This document shows, one piece after another, positions 1-12,915 of a stretch of DNA of 64,000 nucleotides. The position numbers were made by a program, and so were the translations under genes. The stretch comes from Octopus vulgaris (taxonomy: Eukaryota): the NCBI GenBank assembly GCA_951406725.2, contig OX597825.1, positions 26,102,001-26,166,000 of the forward strand, read 5' to 3'. The stretch's first letter is position 1. Each line of letters starts with the position of its first letter. A model generated the notes under the pieces. It was given only the letters and a program-made list of their open reading frames with translations. It did not search any database and was not told where the DNA came from.

Positions 1-770
1 TTCGATCCGATAGATGTGTGTTGCTAACATTTAATTGCTTGGAATAATTTTTAGGTTAATTCGAATCATATATGTTTAATTTCCATTAGTTTTGTCAGAG
101 GCACAATGACGAGTATGCATTGTGAACGATACATTCGTTTACACCGACTCTAGAACATGACTTGAGTCGATCCTGGAAACACGAAAACATTTGGACAACG
201 GTATACTTTGTATATTGTTTTTAAAATTTTGGCACAAGGCCAGAAATTTCGGACGTGTACGTCAGTGAAGTGCTCAACAGGGTCGACATAAATATGTCAA
301 AGCTGAAAGGAGGAAAGACAAAGTCGACTTCGGTAGTATTTGAACTCAGATCTCAAAGACGGAAGAAATGGTACTAATCATTTTGTCCTGTGTGCTACCA
401 ATTCTTTCAGTTCGCCGTCTTCGAATACTTTTTAAATTACTACTATCTTTCAGTTTACCATTCCTTATATTGCTACTATTTCTAGTTATTTAGTGTAGTA
501 CGATAGATGTCAATAATTTTAAACCAGCCTATAATTTGTATATTTGATATCAAATTTTCTTTTAAACTCTAATTTTAAATTCCACACTAAAACTGACATT
601 TATTGACATCACATTGTCAGAAAATTTTTATACAAGAATTAAAATTTTTACAGCAGAAAACTTTCAGGATTTTTTATTTTTTAGGATTTTTCAAATATGA
701 TACACACACACACACACACACACAAACAGACACACAGAGGCACACACGAGCACACGCACACGAGAGATAT

Positions 771-1640
771 ACTCTCTTTACTCTTTACTTTTTTACTTGT
801 TTCAGTCATTTGACTGTGGCCATGCTGGAGCATCACCTTTAGTCGAGCAAATCGACCCCAGAACTTATTCTTTGTAAGCCTAATACTTATTCTATCGGTC
901 CCTTTTGCCAAGCCGCTAAGTGACGGGGACGTAAACTCACCAGCATCGGTTGTTAAGCGATGTTGGAGGGGGGACAAATACAGACGCACCAACATATACA
1001 CACACACATACATATATATATACTCTTTTACTCTTTTACTCCTTTACTTGTTTCAGTCATTTGACTGCGGCCATGCTGGAGCACCGCCTTTAATCGAGGA
1101 ACTCGACCCCGGGACTTATTCTTTGTAAGCCCAGTACTTATTCTATCGGTCTCTTTTTGCCGAACCGCTAAGTAACGGGGACATAAACACACCAGCATTG
1201 GTTGTCAAGCAATGCTAGGGGACAAACACAGACACACAAACACACACACGCATATATATATATATATACATATATACGACGGGCTTCTTTTGAGTTTCCG
1301 TCTACCAAATCCACTCATAAGGCTTTGGTCAGCCCAAGGCTATAGTAGAAGACACTTGCCCAAGGTGCCATGCAGTGGGACTGAACCCGGAACCATGTGG
1401 TTGATAGACAAGCTACTTACCACACAGCCACTCCTGTATACATATATATACGATGTGATTCCACACAGCCACTCCTGTATACATATATATACAATGGGAT
1501 TCCGTCTACTAAATCCACTCACAAGGCTTTGGTCGGCTCGAGGCTATCGTAGAAGGCACTTGCCCAAGTTGCCACCCACTGGGATTGAACTCGGAACCAT
1601 GTGGTTGGTAAGCAAGCTACTTACCACACAGCCACTCCTA
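771..1640 (-). mobile_element. Nested cluster of tRNA-derived SINE family A: 3' half (771-~990), full copy (1021-1436), 5' head (~1490-1640)
   Basis: Minus strand reads AGGAGTGGCTGTGTGGTAAG (A-box-like), GGTTC (B-box-like), CTTGGGCAAGTG, an internal (TA)/(TG) microsatellite, a body, and an AGTAAAAGAG-type repeat tail. The same sequence recurs about 10 times in the window. Confidence 0.9.
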
Positions 1641-2134
1641 TTTACCTAAACAACAACAAAAAAAGGTCACAGATCAGGTATATCTTTAAATTCCAAATCA
1701 TGTTAAACATATTGAAGCGTGCAAGTTTAAACATAGACACTCCATCATACATTCATTTTTTGTTCATCATATGCGATGATCCTGATATTTATATCCTTCT
1801 TTCATTTTATTAAAGATCACTAGCAACAGATCCACCCGCAACCCCTACATCTTTGGCCACTCTCTATTAAACGTCTATTGTACACCACCTAACAACCCAG
1901 GATTGAAAACTCGTTGTTCTCATTGGTATTTCAAAGTCAAATGAAATTAATTACTCGCTAGTCTCACACAAGATCAGTTTATACAAAGTGGAAATGAGCA
2001 CCTGTAGATGTTGTAGTCCCATCCGGGGGCGGGTTGGGATTGGTTGAAACGGTATCATATTTTCTTTTGCGGAAAATGCTTATACAACAATTTTATTTTC
2101 ACTGCAGAAGAAATTCAGGACTTTTCAAGTATGT

Positions 2135-2207
<73 letters not shown>

Positions 2208-2593
2208 ACACGCACAGACACGAACGCGCACACACACTCACACAGACAGAACCATTTACCGGTTATTGGCCGGAACCATGTGGTTTGGAAGTAAGATTCC
2301 TATCACACAGCTACGTTATATATCCCAGCTATTGATACATATCCCGTGACCACTTGAGCGATTCCTCATCTCACGTGACTCATCCAGTCCTGTATAGTCC
2401 ATCATTCTATAAGTAGGAAAGCGTAATTTTGCTTGAGCAGAAATCCTTTGAGTTCTATAAGTCGAATATTTCTGGTATTTGAACCATCTACTATAGTACA
2501 AATTTTGCTGGTTTGACAGTACGGGATGTTGCGTTTTGTGTGTTTTGGGTGGCAGAATCATTAGCACGCCGGGTGATACGCTTAGCGGTATTA

Positions 2594-3068
2594 GGAAACA
2601 ATCATTGAGATATCTTTTCCATGTGTCCTCTATATGTCTTTTAAAAGTTATACTGTAGATCTCGTCAATCATTTTACTATAGGTTTATGTTCCAAGTATC
2701 CCAGTGTTGAGTTCGTGAAAACTGGAGCAAATCGCATTCCCGTACCTGTGCCTCAAATTTGGTGCTAGTTTTTTTCCGTTGAAATGTAATATATTGTTTT
2801 CGAGGATGCGGCTGACGGCGTCTAGTATGAAGGTTGCTGTAAATCTACTGGGGATCGCTTTTCTATGTTCTAGACCCAATGGCATTAATTCCTAAATCAC
2901 GTGGAATGTTCGTATATAAGTTTTTTACAACGAAATTAACTAACAGTGAATTGGATTCTGTTGTTTTGGGCAAATGTGACAGGAAATCGATGTCATCCCG
3001 AATGAAATTGGGTATGTGACTACAAAGTAGTTTTAGAATAATTTCAATGCGGTTGCGCAGACGATGTA
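2594..3068 (-). pseudogene. Penelope-like element reverse transcriptase fragment (stops and frameshifts)
   Basis: Manual translation gives HIPNFIRDDIDFLSHLPK...LLVNFVVKNLYTNIPRDLGINAI...ILENNILHFNGK...GTGTGMRFAP...LGYLE...WKRYLNDCF. This matches the PLE RT motifs (FDVxxLYTNIP, GxxMGxxxAP, WxRYxDD). Confidence 0.85.
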
Positions 3069-3156
3069 TACGACATGTCTATGCATATATATGTACACAC
3101 ATACGTGTACGTATACACACACACACACATAGTTAATCCAATCATGAAAACACAAC

Positions 3157-3443
3157 AGAGAAAACACAACAGCGCAAGGAAGTGGAAGAAGTATAGTGTT
3201 ATTGGACGTTCAGGAAAGGAAAGAAAGGAGGATTTAACGTTTTAAGCGGAGCTCTTCGTCAGAAACATAGGAAGAGGAAAGATCCAAGGAAGGGAAGACG
3301 GAGAAAAAAATCGCCACTAAAGAGAAAACACAACAACGCGAGAACGTGGAACAAGTATAGTGTTATTGGACGCTCAGGAAAGGAAAGAAAGAATGAAGAT
3401 TTAACGTTTCGAGCGGAGCTCTTCGTCAGAAACATAGGAAAAG

Positions 3444-3445
<2 letters not shown>
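3157..3445 (-). repeat. Tandem ~165-bp repeat (2 units), each carrying a minimal hammerhead-ribozyme motif; probable Penelope pseudo-LTR
   Basis: Units start at 3157 and 3321. The minus strand over 3401-3429 reads CTGACGA-A-GAGC-tcc-GCTC-GAAA-CGTT. The first unit has GCTC-GAAA mutated to GCTT-AAAA. Confidence 0.7.
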
Positions 3446-3496
<51 letters not shown>

Positions 3497-3637
3497 CATA
3501 TATATTTTATAATTATTAATTATAATAATGGATCATAAAATATTACTTAAATTTACCGAGAAACGGTCCCTATTCATGCCATATTCTACTTGGTGAAATT
3601 ATTGATTACTAGTTAATTAAATAATTTTACCCTTTGT

Positions 3638-3712
<75 letters not shown>

Positions 3713-4594
3713 CAGGCGTTCGTATGTCTACACACAAACATAAACCAAAACTACATTCACAAATATATGCAATGGTAATAGTTTCCTTTAACGCGTGTTT
3801 GTAACTATAATTTTACTTAGTAACAAATATATTTTATAAAATATAGTGACATGACGATTGCACAGAAACCTATAATAAACGGGTGTTATCATTGCTTTTG
3901 CCTACTTAATAGGTAAAATCTCACGGGTGTAATTGTAATTGTTAAAGCGTTGATACTGAATATCTTAGCGTAAACTACTTTATGTTGAAAGTAGCTTGTT
4001 ATGGAGATGTTCAGTAATTAACTACATTTATCAGACTTGTATAAAATAAATCATTATTTAGCCTTGTTCGTTCATGTAACATAGTGTGCTGGTGAAAAGG
4101 TTGATACAACTGTGACACGAATGCACAGTCTTTGGCCTCTTCGCCAGGGAGATTCCCAAGAACAAAGGCAAAAAGAAATCGATCCCAGCACATGACCGCT
4201 GCATTGTGTATTGATCTATGAATGAAAGAAATATCGACGGCTGCAGTGTTTCTACTCAGCTTGGGGGGAGAACAGATCAAACACCATCAGGCACGCTATC
4301 CGACGCATTAATGAATTTGCCAATTCGTTATGTTATTCCCTGACGGAAAATATACCGCTGTTCTTGTGGTAGATGGCATTGCTTCTGCTTCTGTTTCTGC
4401 TGTTGCAGATGATGTTCCTTTTTTTTCGGTTCTTTACATTTTCAGTTTAAATCTCGCCAATGTTAACATTCGCTTTCGTCGTTTCGCGTTCGATGAGGAT
4501 GAATTTGTCAAGTCGTCTGATTATTCTTATCGTATTCAGATACAAAATATCTCCACTGATATCTCAAACCATTATTATTATTATTATTATTATT

Positions 4595-5143
4595 GAGTGA
4601 GAGAGCAGTTCATGCCATCAAAGTGACACTGGGGTAAAATATACGAAGCCCAATATACCCATCATGACTACCCGTCTGATAAAGGTACACCAGGCACATG
4701 CATCACAACCATATGTGCGCGACATGGTGATCTCATATCAAGATAAACTGTGCATGACCTTGCAGGTGGGGCCCAGTTAGAATTTTATTCAGGTTGAGTA
4801 GCCCATCACGCTCAAACGGTCCCTGAATAAGGGTTGTTTAAGGATGGTGAAAGAACCACCCATGTTTCCAGAAGTGAACTATTCAAACCCCAAAGAATCC
4901 CTCTCAACACATGGCTATGATGCTCCCCCACTACTTCTGCTAGTGATCAGAGATGCACATATTGTCAGCCACTAAGGGACATGCTCAACTGGTTAAGGTC
5001 AAACAACTGACAAGCAAATCTGTGGTATTGAGCAGATTATTTGCTGTAGCCCATCTTTTATACCAAGACAAAACAATGTACATGATAACACTTCCAATCA
5101 GTTAAGATCAGAAGCCATGAGAGCCACTGCCTGGTACTGCATC
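4595..5143 (-). mobile_element. Non-coding (TAA)n-embedded retroelement 'B', longest copy (~550 bp)
   Basis: Flanked on both sides by (TTA)n. It shares a fixed 3' end (..GCTCTCTCACTC then AAT repeats) with the copies at 32886, 33247 and 44317, which have different 5' ends. No long ORF and no tRNA head seen. Confidence 0.85.
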
Positions 5144-5549
<406 letters not shown>

Positions 5550-5552
<3 letters not shown>

Positions 5553-5887
5553 TAGTTTTATTTTTTATAGCGTGCTTTCACTTCACTACCGAGCGCAGCT
5601 CTGTGTGCCTTGGGTATGTGCTGTGATTTGTTGTGATGCTCTGATGGTTATTGTATGGAAAGTGTTCTGCGTAGGATGTGTGCAGTGCCTAGTAGTGCAA
5701 TTTTCTGTATGTTATATGTATTTGTAAGTCCTGGTGTTTTTGTTATGTATGTGTCTGAATATTTTTTTATCATGCCTAATGCACCTACTATGATAGGAAT
5801 TGTTTCTGTTTTTAGATTCCACATTCTGGTTACCTCTATTTCCAGGTCTTTGTATTTTGAGAGTTTCTCCATTTCTTTTAGAGACAC

Positions 5888-5890
<3 letters not shown>
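5550..5890 (-). mobile_element. 5'-truncated R4/Dong-clade LINE (family 1): endonuclease C-terminus plus 3' UTR
   Basis: Encodes NVSLKEMEKLSKYKDLEIEVTRMW...IPIIVGALG...QKIALLGTAHILRRTLSIQ*. Nearly identical to 44722-45060. (TTA)n on both flanks. Confidence 0.92.
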
Positions 5891-5965
<75 letters not shown>

Positions 5966-6049
5966 CCATCTTCTACCTGAATAAAGTACCATTCGCTTTC
6001 TGGAATCAATTAATTTATAACATTGACGCATTACTTGACAGCGAAAAGT

Positions 6050-6265
6050 TTGGTTTCAAAGTATGCCACCAAGCCAACAAGTTCGAGGGGGTGAATCATT
6101 CGATTATATCGTCCCCATTGCCCAACTAGTACTTATTTAATGGACCTCGAATGATTGAACGTCAAAGTTAACCCTGGTGTAATTTAAACTTAAAACGTAC
6201 AGACGAACGAAATGCCACTAAGCATTTTACCCGGCGTGCTGTCGATTGTTCCAGCTTGCCGCATT
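6050..6265 (-). mobile_element. Degenerate SINE family B copy (others at ~232-420, ~6380-6540, ~14700-14880 and ~33640-33805, all minus)
   Basis: Reverse-complement similarity to the intact copies at 33868 and 61961 (GTCGACTTTGCCTTTCATCC...AGTACCAG central domain). Confidence 0.7.
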
Positions 6266-7895
6266 AGTTTTGTGTGAGAATTACTGCAAATCATTTTGCC
6301 AACGTTCTAATTATTCTACTAGTCAACGTGTATGTTCAAACCGTTATAATGGTGGCTGATTTAGGTACGAAGAGAGTAATTTTAAGTGAGTTGGGTTACA
6401 CGATATCATCGACCTCATTAATTTGCTAGTACATCATATCATCGACTCTGCAAGAATAAAAACTAAAGTTGAACTCGGTGAGACTTTAACTGGGAATGTA
6501 AGACGCTTGAAGGTATATGGCAAAGGATTTTTGCGGACATTCTAACATCATTTTTAGATAAATGGCAATAGTTACACAAACAGCGAAATCTTTACAACAG
6601 CAAAAATCCACGAGGAAGATTAATAACGGCATAAAAAGGAAAATGAATCTCTGTTCATTTTGCACCATATGTAAATAAATGGCATTTAGTGTTTAGTGAC
6701 AATCAGGAAATCTGGACAGGAGACAACGAAAAAGGCAAATAAAAAAGACATTCGATACTTTAATATAGGCTTCAGAAATACCTACTAATGTTTAATTTGT
6801 TAGTCGGCGTGGAAGACCATCGATACTTGGAGGAGAAAAGAAAAGAAGCAGAAGAGGGAAATACGAAACGAAAAAGTAAAAAATAGAAGTACTAAGTCGC
6901 AGATAACTATACTACTGATAAAGGCATGATGAAAAGTACAACAAATTTAAACAGGGTCTGTACTTAGAAGGCAAAATTGGGTAATTAAATACAACAAGCA
7001 ATTTAATCATCTGTCAAAACGCTTCTGTCTCTTTATTGCTTCGACAGATTGTATAATACGATGCCTGGCTATTAATGCAGAAGGGTTTTATGCATTCACG
7101 TTGAGGGTACAATAATTGGATGTTAAGAGCAGTGCGCTGAAGGTTAATTCTCATCTGTATAACATTTAGGTAAATACATCCATCTCCATATTCTCTCGTC
7201 CGAAATGGTAGAAATGTTGGTGCAACATCACTAATTGGAACTTAATTGCAGCGCTAAATATTTCGCTTACAGGATGTAAATATAAAAGGAATATCAGCTC
7301 ATGGGAGCATTTACTTCTCTTTCAATCACTTCTATCACACTTACATACATTGCACGATCCCATCTAAGCATACACGCACAAACACATGCGCATACTGACA
7401 AAAACACGCGCCCACACACACGAGCACACACGCACACACACGAGCACACACGCACACACACACAGATAGTTAAAAAGACAGATAGATAAAGAAATACATA
7501 AACAAATACATAGGCACACACACTTAAACGCCCTTGCCATATACATACTCATGCACACCTTATAAGAGGCACAGTAAGAGATTATCTTCTTGCAGTTTGA
7601 TAAAACGAGATTTTGATCTCTGCGTCAATGCTTCCTGCTAGAAATGGAAGTGAAACAACTTTCAAATCACTTTGCCTTCTTAAAAACAATTAATAAATTC
7701 GTATTCTTCTTCCACTGTTGAATTTTGGCATCCTACAGCATCATGTTTGAAGAGGCTATGAAAACTATCGACTACGGTACTTAGTTTAAATACAGGAATT
7801 TATTATATCTGATATATATTTCTTGAACTGCTAAGTAACTAAACATTAGCAAATCTACCATTTTCTAAGCAGTGTAAAATGTATCTAGGATTGGA

Positions 7896-7939
<44 letters not shown>

Positions 7940-8542
7940 TCAATACGTACATACACATGCGCGTGCGCGTGCCAAACACTAAACACTATTCACATACCAT
8001 TTATCAAGCGTAAATAATTTTTCTGAAATTTATAAGAGAACCATGTGCATAATATACCAATAAATTCCTGGAGTTTGAAGTAGAATTACGAAAAAAAAAA
8101 TAACCAAAAACAAAAACAAAAACACTACTGGAACGGTGACAAGGAAGAGAGAAGTGGAGGTTCACACAACTACATTAACACCCTCACTCAAAAAACGTTA
8201 GGTTATAAGAGAGGTCACTAGCCCTAGCTCCCACACGCTGGGGCCTAATATAAAGGTATGCAGTTATTTAGTCGATTGCTAATCAAACTATTTATACCTG
8301 TGCCAATTAAATAAGGATGAAGAAAAAGAGGATCAAGGATATGTAAACTTTTCTGGTAGTTCCACTCGTTCATAGTTGGCCCGGGGTGGCAAAACTATAT
8401 TGAGCCAATCAAAACAGAGAACAGTAAATGTAGTGATTCTATATATTACAGAGATAATTTGCCCATATTCTACGTCTTGTTTCCAATAAATGTCTTTATT
8501 GTCCTTTAAATGTTAGCAGTCGCATAAGAATTTTATCATATA

Positions 8543-8934
8543 CAAGCAGTATCGCCCGCGCGATGTTCGGGTTTTTTTCCGACCCTTTAGAATTGAAATT
8601 TTTGAAAAGTAAAAAATTGGCATTATGTAGCTTGTTATTCTCTTTAAGTGAACATTTTTTTGGTTGGAATACACCGAAAAATGGCGACACATCAGTCAAA
8701 AAATCGTAAAAAATAGGAATTTTGATAGAAAAAAAGCACATTTTCGATGTAAATAAGTGTTGGTGTTAACATGGTCCGATTTGAATTTTTTCTTCTACGG
8801 AAGGAAGAGCAAGCCTTCTTCTATGAGACTCTCAATTTTGGTCAACTTGCCACGCAGGATCTTGGAGGAGATAGTGTTAGTTGAAGGCTACCAAACCTGC
8901 CATACACAGACAACTTCAGCTTTATATATAGAGA
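8543..8934 (-). mobile_element. Non-autonomous Helitron
   Basis: Minus strand starts A|TCTCTATATATAAAGCTGAAGTTGTCTGTG. It ends with a GC hairpin (CCCG..CGGG) about 10 nt before CTTG|T (CTAG with one substitution). A^T insertion site, no TSD. Confidence 0.75.
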
Positions 8935-9511
8935 TTTTAAAACATAACTGTGAGTATTTGATGCGACGTAATTCTATTTAGAACAGATGAATGAAAAGAC
9001 ATGAAATAAAATATTTAAGTGCCCCAACCTGTCGTTTCATTCGCGATTTGTATAAGACAATAATCAGAATATAATTGATTGTTTACATAACGGGGAGTAC
9101 AACTATTTTAATGGTACATCTAACTAAGCATTCATATAAAACATGAAGGCAATAACAAAACAGAATAATGAAGATTCGATATTTGTGAACATTTGAAATT
9201 TATTAATTAATTTAATTAAAAATGTAATTAAATAAAAGTTCTTTTTTTATCGAAATGATACGACCTCGAGGGCAACAATGAATTTTATAAAAATGATATA
9301 GAAAATTATGAACTTTAATTACAGATAATGAAAAGTTAGTTTAATGTAATTATGCGACCTTTTAGATACTTAAATAATTATCTGGTCAAAAGGACAATAA
9401 TATGCTTCTTGTGCGCAAGTAAAATTAACGATCTGTATGTATGTATGTATGTATGTATGAATGTATGAATGTATGTATGTATGTATGAATGTATGAATGT
9501 ATGTATGTATG

Positions 9512-9542
<31 letters not shown>

Positions 9543-9619
9543 ATATTGATGTATATATGTATGCTAGTGTGCTGGTATATGTGTGTATATACATATGCAT
9601 AGAAATACATACAAACATG

Positions 9620-9670
<51 letters not shown>

Positions 9671-10158
9671 GGATGCAAGTACGTTTAGACTTGTACATCT
9701 ATCTAACTGTATTCGCACGCGCACAAGTACACGCACACGCACGCACGCACACACTGACACATAGTATATATATATGTATATATATATATACATAAATATA
9801 TATGTACAAATATATAGATGTGTACATATGTATATATGAATAAAAATTTGTGTATACCTTTGTGCTAATGATGTAATGTAAGCGAACCTCAAATAGAAAT
9901 GACTGTAAACGCAGCTACAGTTATAATTTAGAGTCAATATCTATTAGATGTTGATAAAAGAGGATCCCCACATAAATTCGAAGATATATACACACTAATG
10001 TATATACCAATATACATACATGCGTATGTATGTATGCATGCATGTAAGTATGCACATACGTATGTATATACGTATATATATATATATATATATATTCATA
10101 CATATATACGTGCATATATATGTGTATATATATGCATATATAAATATTCATACATATG

Positions 10159-10260
<102 letters not shown>

Positions 10261-10417
10261 AATAATGACAATAGATATTGTCACCCCTACCCCCGCCCAT
10301 TTATGGGCATTAACTGCTATCTAATTGACTCCTAAAGTTTCTTTTCGTGGTGAGGGATACCTATGGCAGTAAGAAATTAAAGTATGGTAAGAAATTAAGG
10401 AATAGGGGAAACATCTA
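10261..10417 (+). repeat. ~150-bp dispersed repeat with an inverted partner at 12163-12300
   Basis: TATGGGCATTAACTGCTATCTAATTGACTCCTAAAGTTTCTTTT is present as an exact reverse complement at ~12217-12260. Confidence 0.85.
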
Positions 10418-10438
10418 TTACACTATGAAATTGCGTAT

Positions 10439-10487
<49 letters not shown>

Positions 10488-10525
10488 TATATATATATAA
10501 TTTATATACAACATACATACATACA

Positions 10526-10557
<32 letters not shown>

Positions 10558-10572
10558 CATATATGAATGCAC

Positions 10573-10790
10573 ACACGAAGAAGTACCGAAAATTACGTGG
10601 CTTGAAGAGCATTGGGAAAGGGCTTGATAGAGGCCCAAACTTCCAAGTTCTTTTACAAGGCTGAGAAGACATTGCAGGACAGCTGCAATAATAGTGTGTA
10701 TTTGAGAGGGGAATATGTTGAATAAAATCATAATTAACTGCTTCTTCTGTATTTTGTCTTACAGCCAGGAACTTTTACCATCCATTTGTG
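10573..10790 (+). mobile_element. Degraded mariner-derived MITE
   Basis: Degenerate TIRs (GAAAATTACGTGGCT / AGCCAGGAACTTTT) and a transposase C-terminal remnant CVYLRGEYVE*. Confidence 0.55.
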
Positions 10791-10792
10791 TG

Positions 10793-10873
<81 letters not shown>

Positions 10874-11143
10874 GTGTGTGTGTTCGCACGTGTACAAGCA
10901 TATTGAGATGCGTGTATATCTAAAACGTCTACGTATATGTGGAACAAGACCCTTTCCAGGCGACCTCGAGGTCTAAATACTTGTAAAGAGGCGTGACAGA
11001 GTGGATCTATGGCAATTTTCTTCTCCTACCTAAGTTTAAACTCATCTGACGAAAACCGCTTTTTTTCTGTGAGGTAATCGTAGTATGAATATAAAAATGC
11101 TGCCGAAACAGGTGTTTTGAACCTATAAAACTCAAAGTCCATG

Positions 11144-11185
<42 letters not shown>

Positions 11186-11187
<2 letters not shown>

Positions 11188-11335
11188 CGTCCCCGTAACT
11201 TAGCTGTTCGGAAAAAAAAAAACACTATAGAATATGTACTAGGCTTACAAAAAATAAGTCCTTGGGGTCGATTTTTCCACGATAGGCGGTCTTCCAGCAT
11301 GGCCGCAGTCATATGACTGAAGCAGGAAAAAATAT
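11186..11335 (+). mobile_element. SINE family A 3' half, starting at a (TA)n tract
   Basis: TACGTCCCCGTAACTTAGC...CCAGCATGGCCGCAGTC..TGACTGAA. Confidence 0.85.
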
Positions 11336-11431
11336 GAACTAATAATAATAATAACAATGATGATGAGGATAATGAGAATTATTACGCAGTAGCATAGCGT
11401 TACCTTTAATTCCTTTACATACATACATATG

Positions 11432-11521
<90 letters not shown>

Positions 11522-12852
11522 CTGTGTGTGTATATGTATATGTATATGTATATGCATGTATACTGTTTCAAATAGACATACGAGTAATATGCCTTTTATT
11601 AAAGCTGCAAAACCATCACGAAAATCTATGATCCCGCGCTTCACGTTGCCGTTTGTCGGAAAGTTATGGTAAAGTCTTTATCACAACTGTCAGACGAACG
11701 GGAACGTGAAACTCTTGTAACTTTAATAGAAATTATACATATATATAATCAAAATAGTTAACAGGTGCAATATGACCGTTTCAAGCAGCGGCTGCATTTA
11801 ATTGAACAATGCAAGCATTACATCAGTTTAAATACAGCCCCATCTTCAGTTGCAAGAAATATGGATTTTCGGCGGACAAGATATGTTGATAGAATTTTTC
11901 TCATATATTTTATCAGAGCCAGAGGATGAAAGAATTTCATGTTTCCAATATTGCAGCAAGAATCAGATAAGAGAAGAACAACTACAATTTTGGAGTGGCA
12001 TGGTACACAGTGGAGGTCATAGGATTGTAGTTCATTTCTAATTTTTTTATCTATCTTCTTATCATCAGCAAAAGATCTAAGTCTTCTGACTGCGTTTATT
12101 GAGAATAAAAGCATTGTGAGTTGACAGCTCAGAATTGGCTGCTGCTCATAAAGAAATATTACTAGATGTTTCTCCTATTCCTTAATTTATTACTGCCATA
12201 AATACCCCTTACCACAAAAAGAAACTTTAGGAGTCAATTAGATAGCAGTTAATGCCCATAAAGAGGTGGAGTAGGGTTGACATTAACTCTTGTCATTATT
12301 TTCAGTTAAAGGGGCGTACATTATGAAACTTAGGACGCTATAATGAGATCTAGGAAAACATTAAGGGCTCAGAGGGCAAAAAAAGTTTATTATAAAGGTA
12401 AAGTAAAATCCGTGTATTATTATGATGTATAAAAATAAAAGTAACATTTAAAAAAGAAATTTTAGAAAGAGATATCAGAAGCAGATAAGATAGGGGGAAC
12501 ATACATATCAAACATTGAAAAAGTTACAATTATTTAGAATCAACCTAATACACCATCTTTACACAAATATTAGGTGGTCATTACAAGGACTACTCAAACA
12601 ATGTTTACAACTTACATATGGAATTTATCTGGAAAAATATACGTATTATCTATTGATTGAAAGTAAATGATTAGAAGCAAGATAAATGTTTCAATAATAT
12701 ATAGGCATAATTATATATAAGTATACAAGACAATTTTAAATACTATAAAAAGTGTGTGATGATATAATTAGATATAACAGTATAAAAATATACCATATAC
12801 ATATATATATGTATACATATATATATACATATATATATATATACATATACAT

Positions 12853-12915
<63 letters not shown>

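Noticed and set aside
11818-12114. ORF containing SFADDKKI..LQSYDL, reminiscent of a CR1-type RT FADD motif
   Set aside because: Single short motif with no flanking RT motifs recognisable; would need an HMM search.
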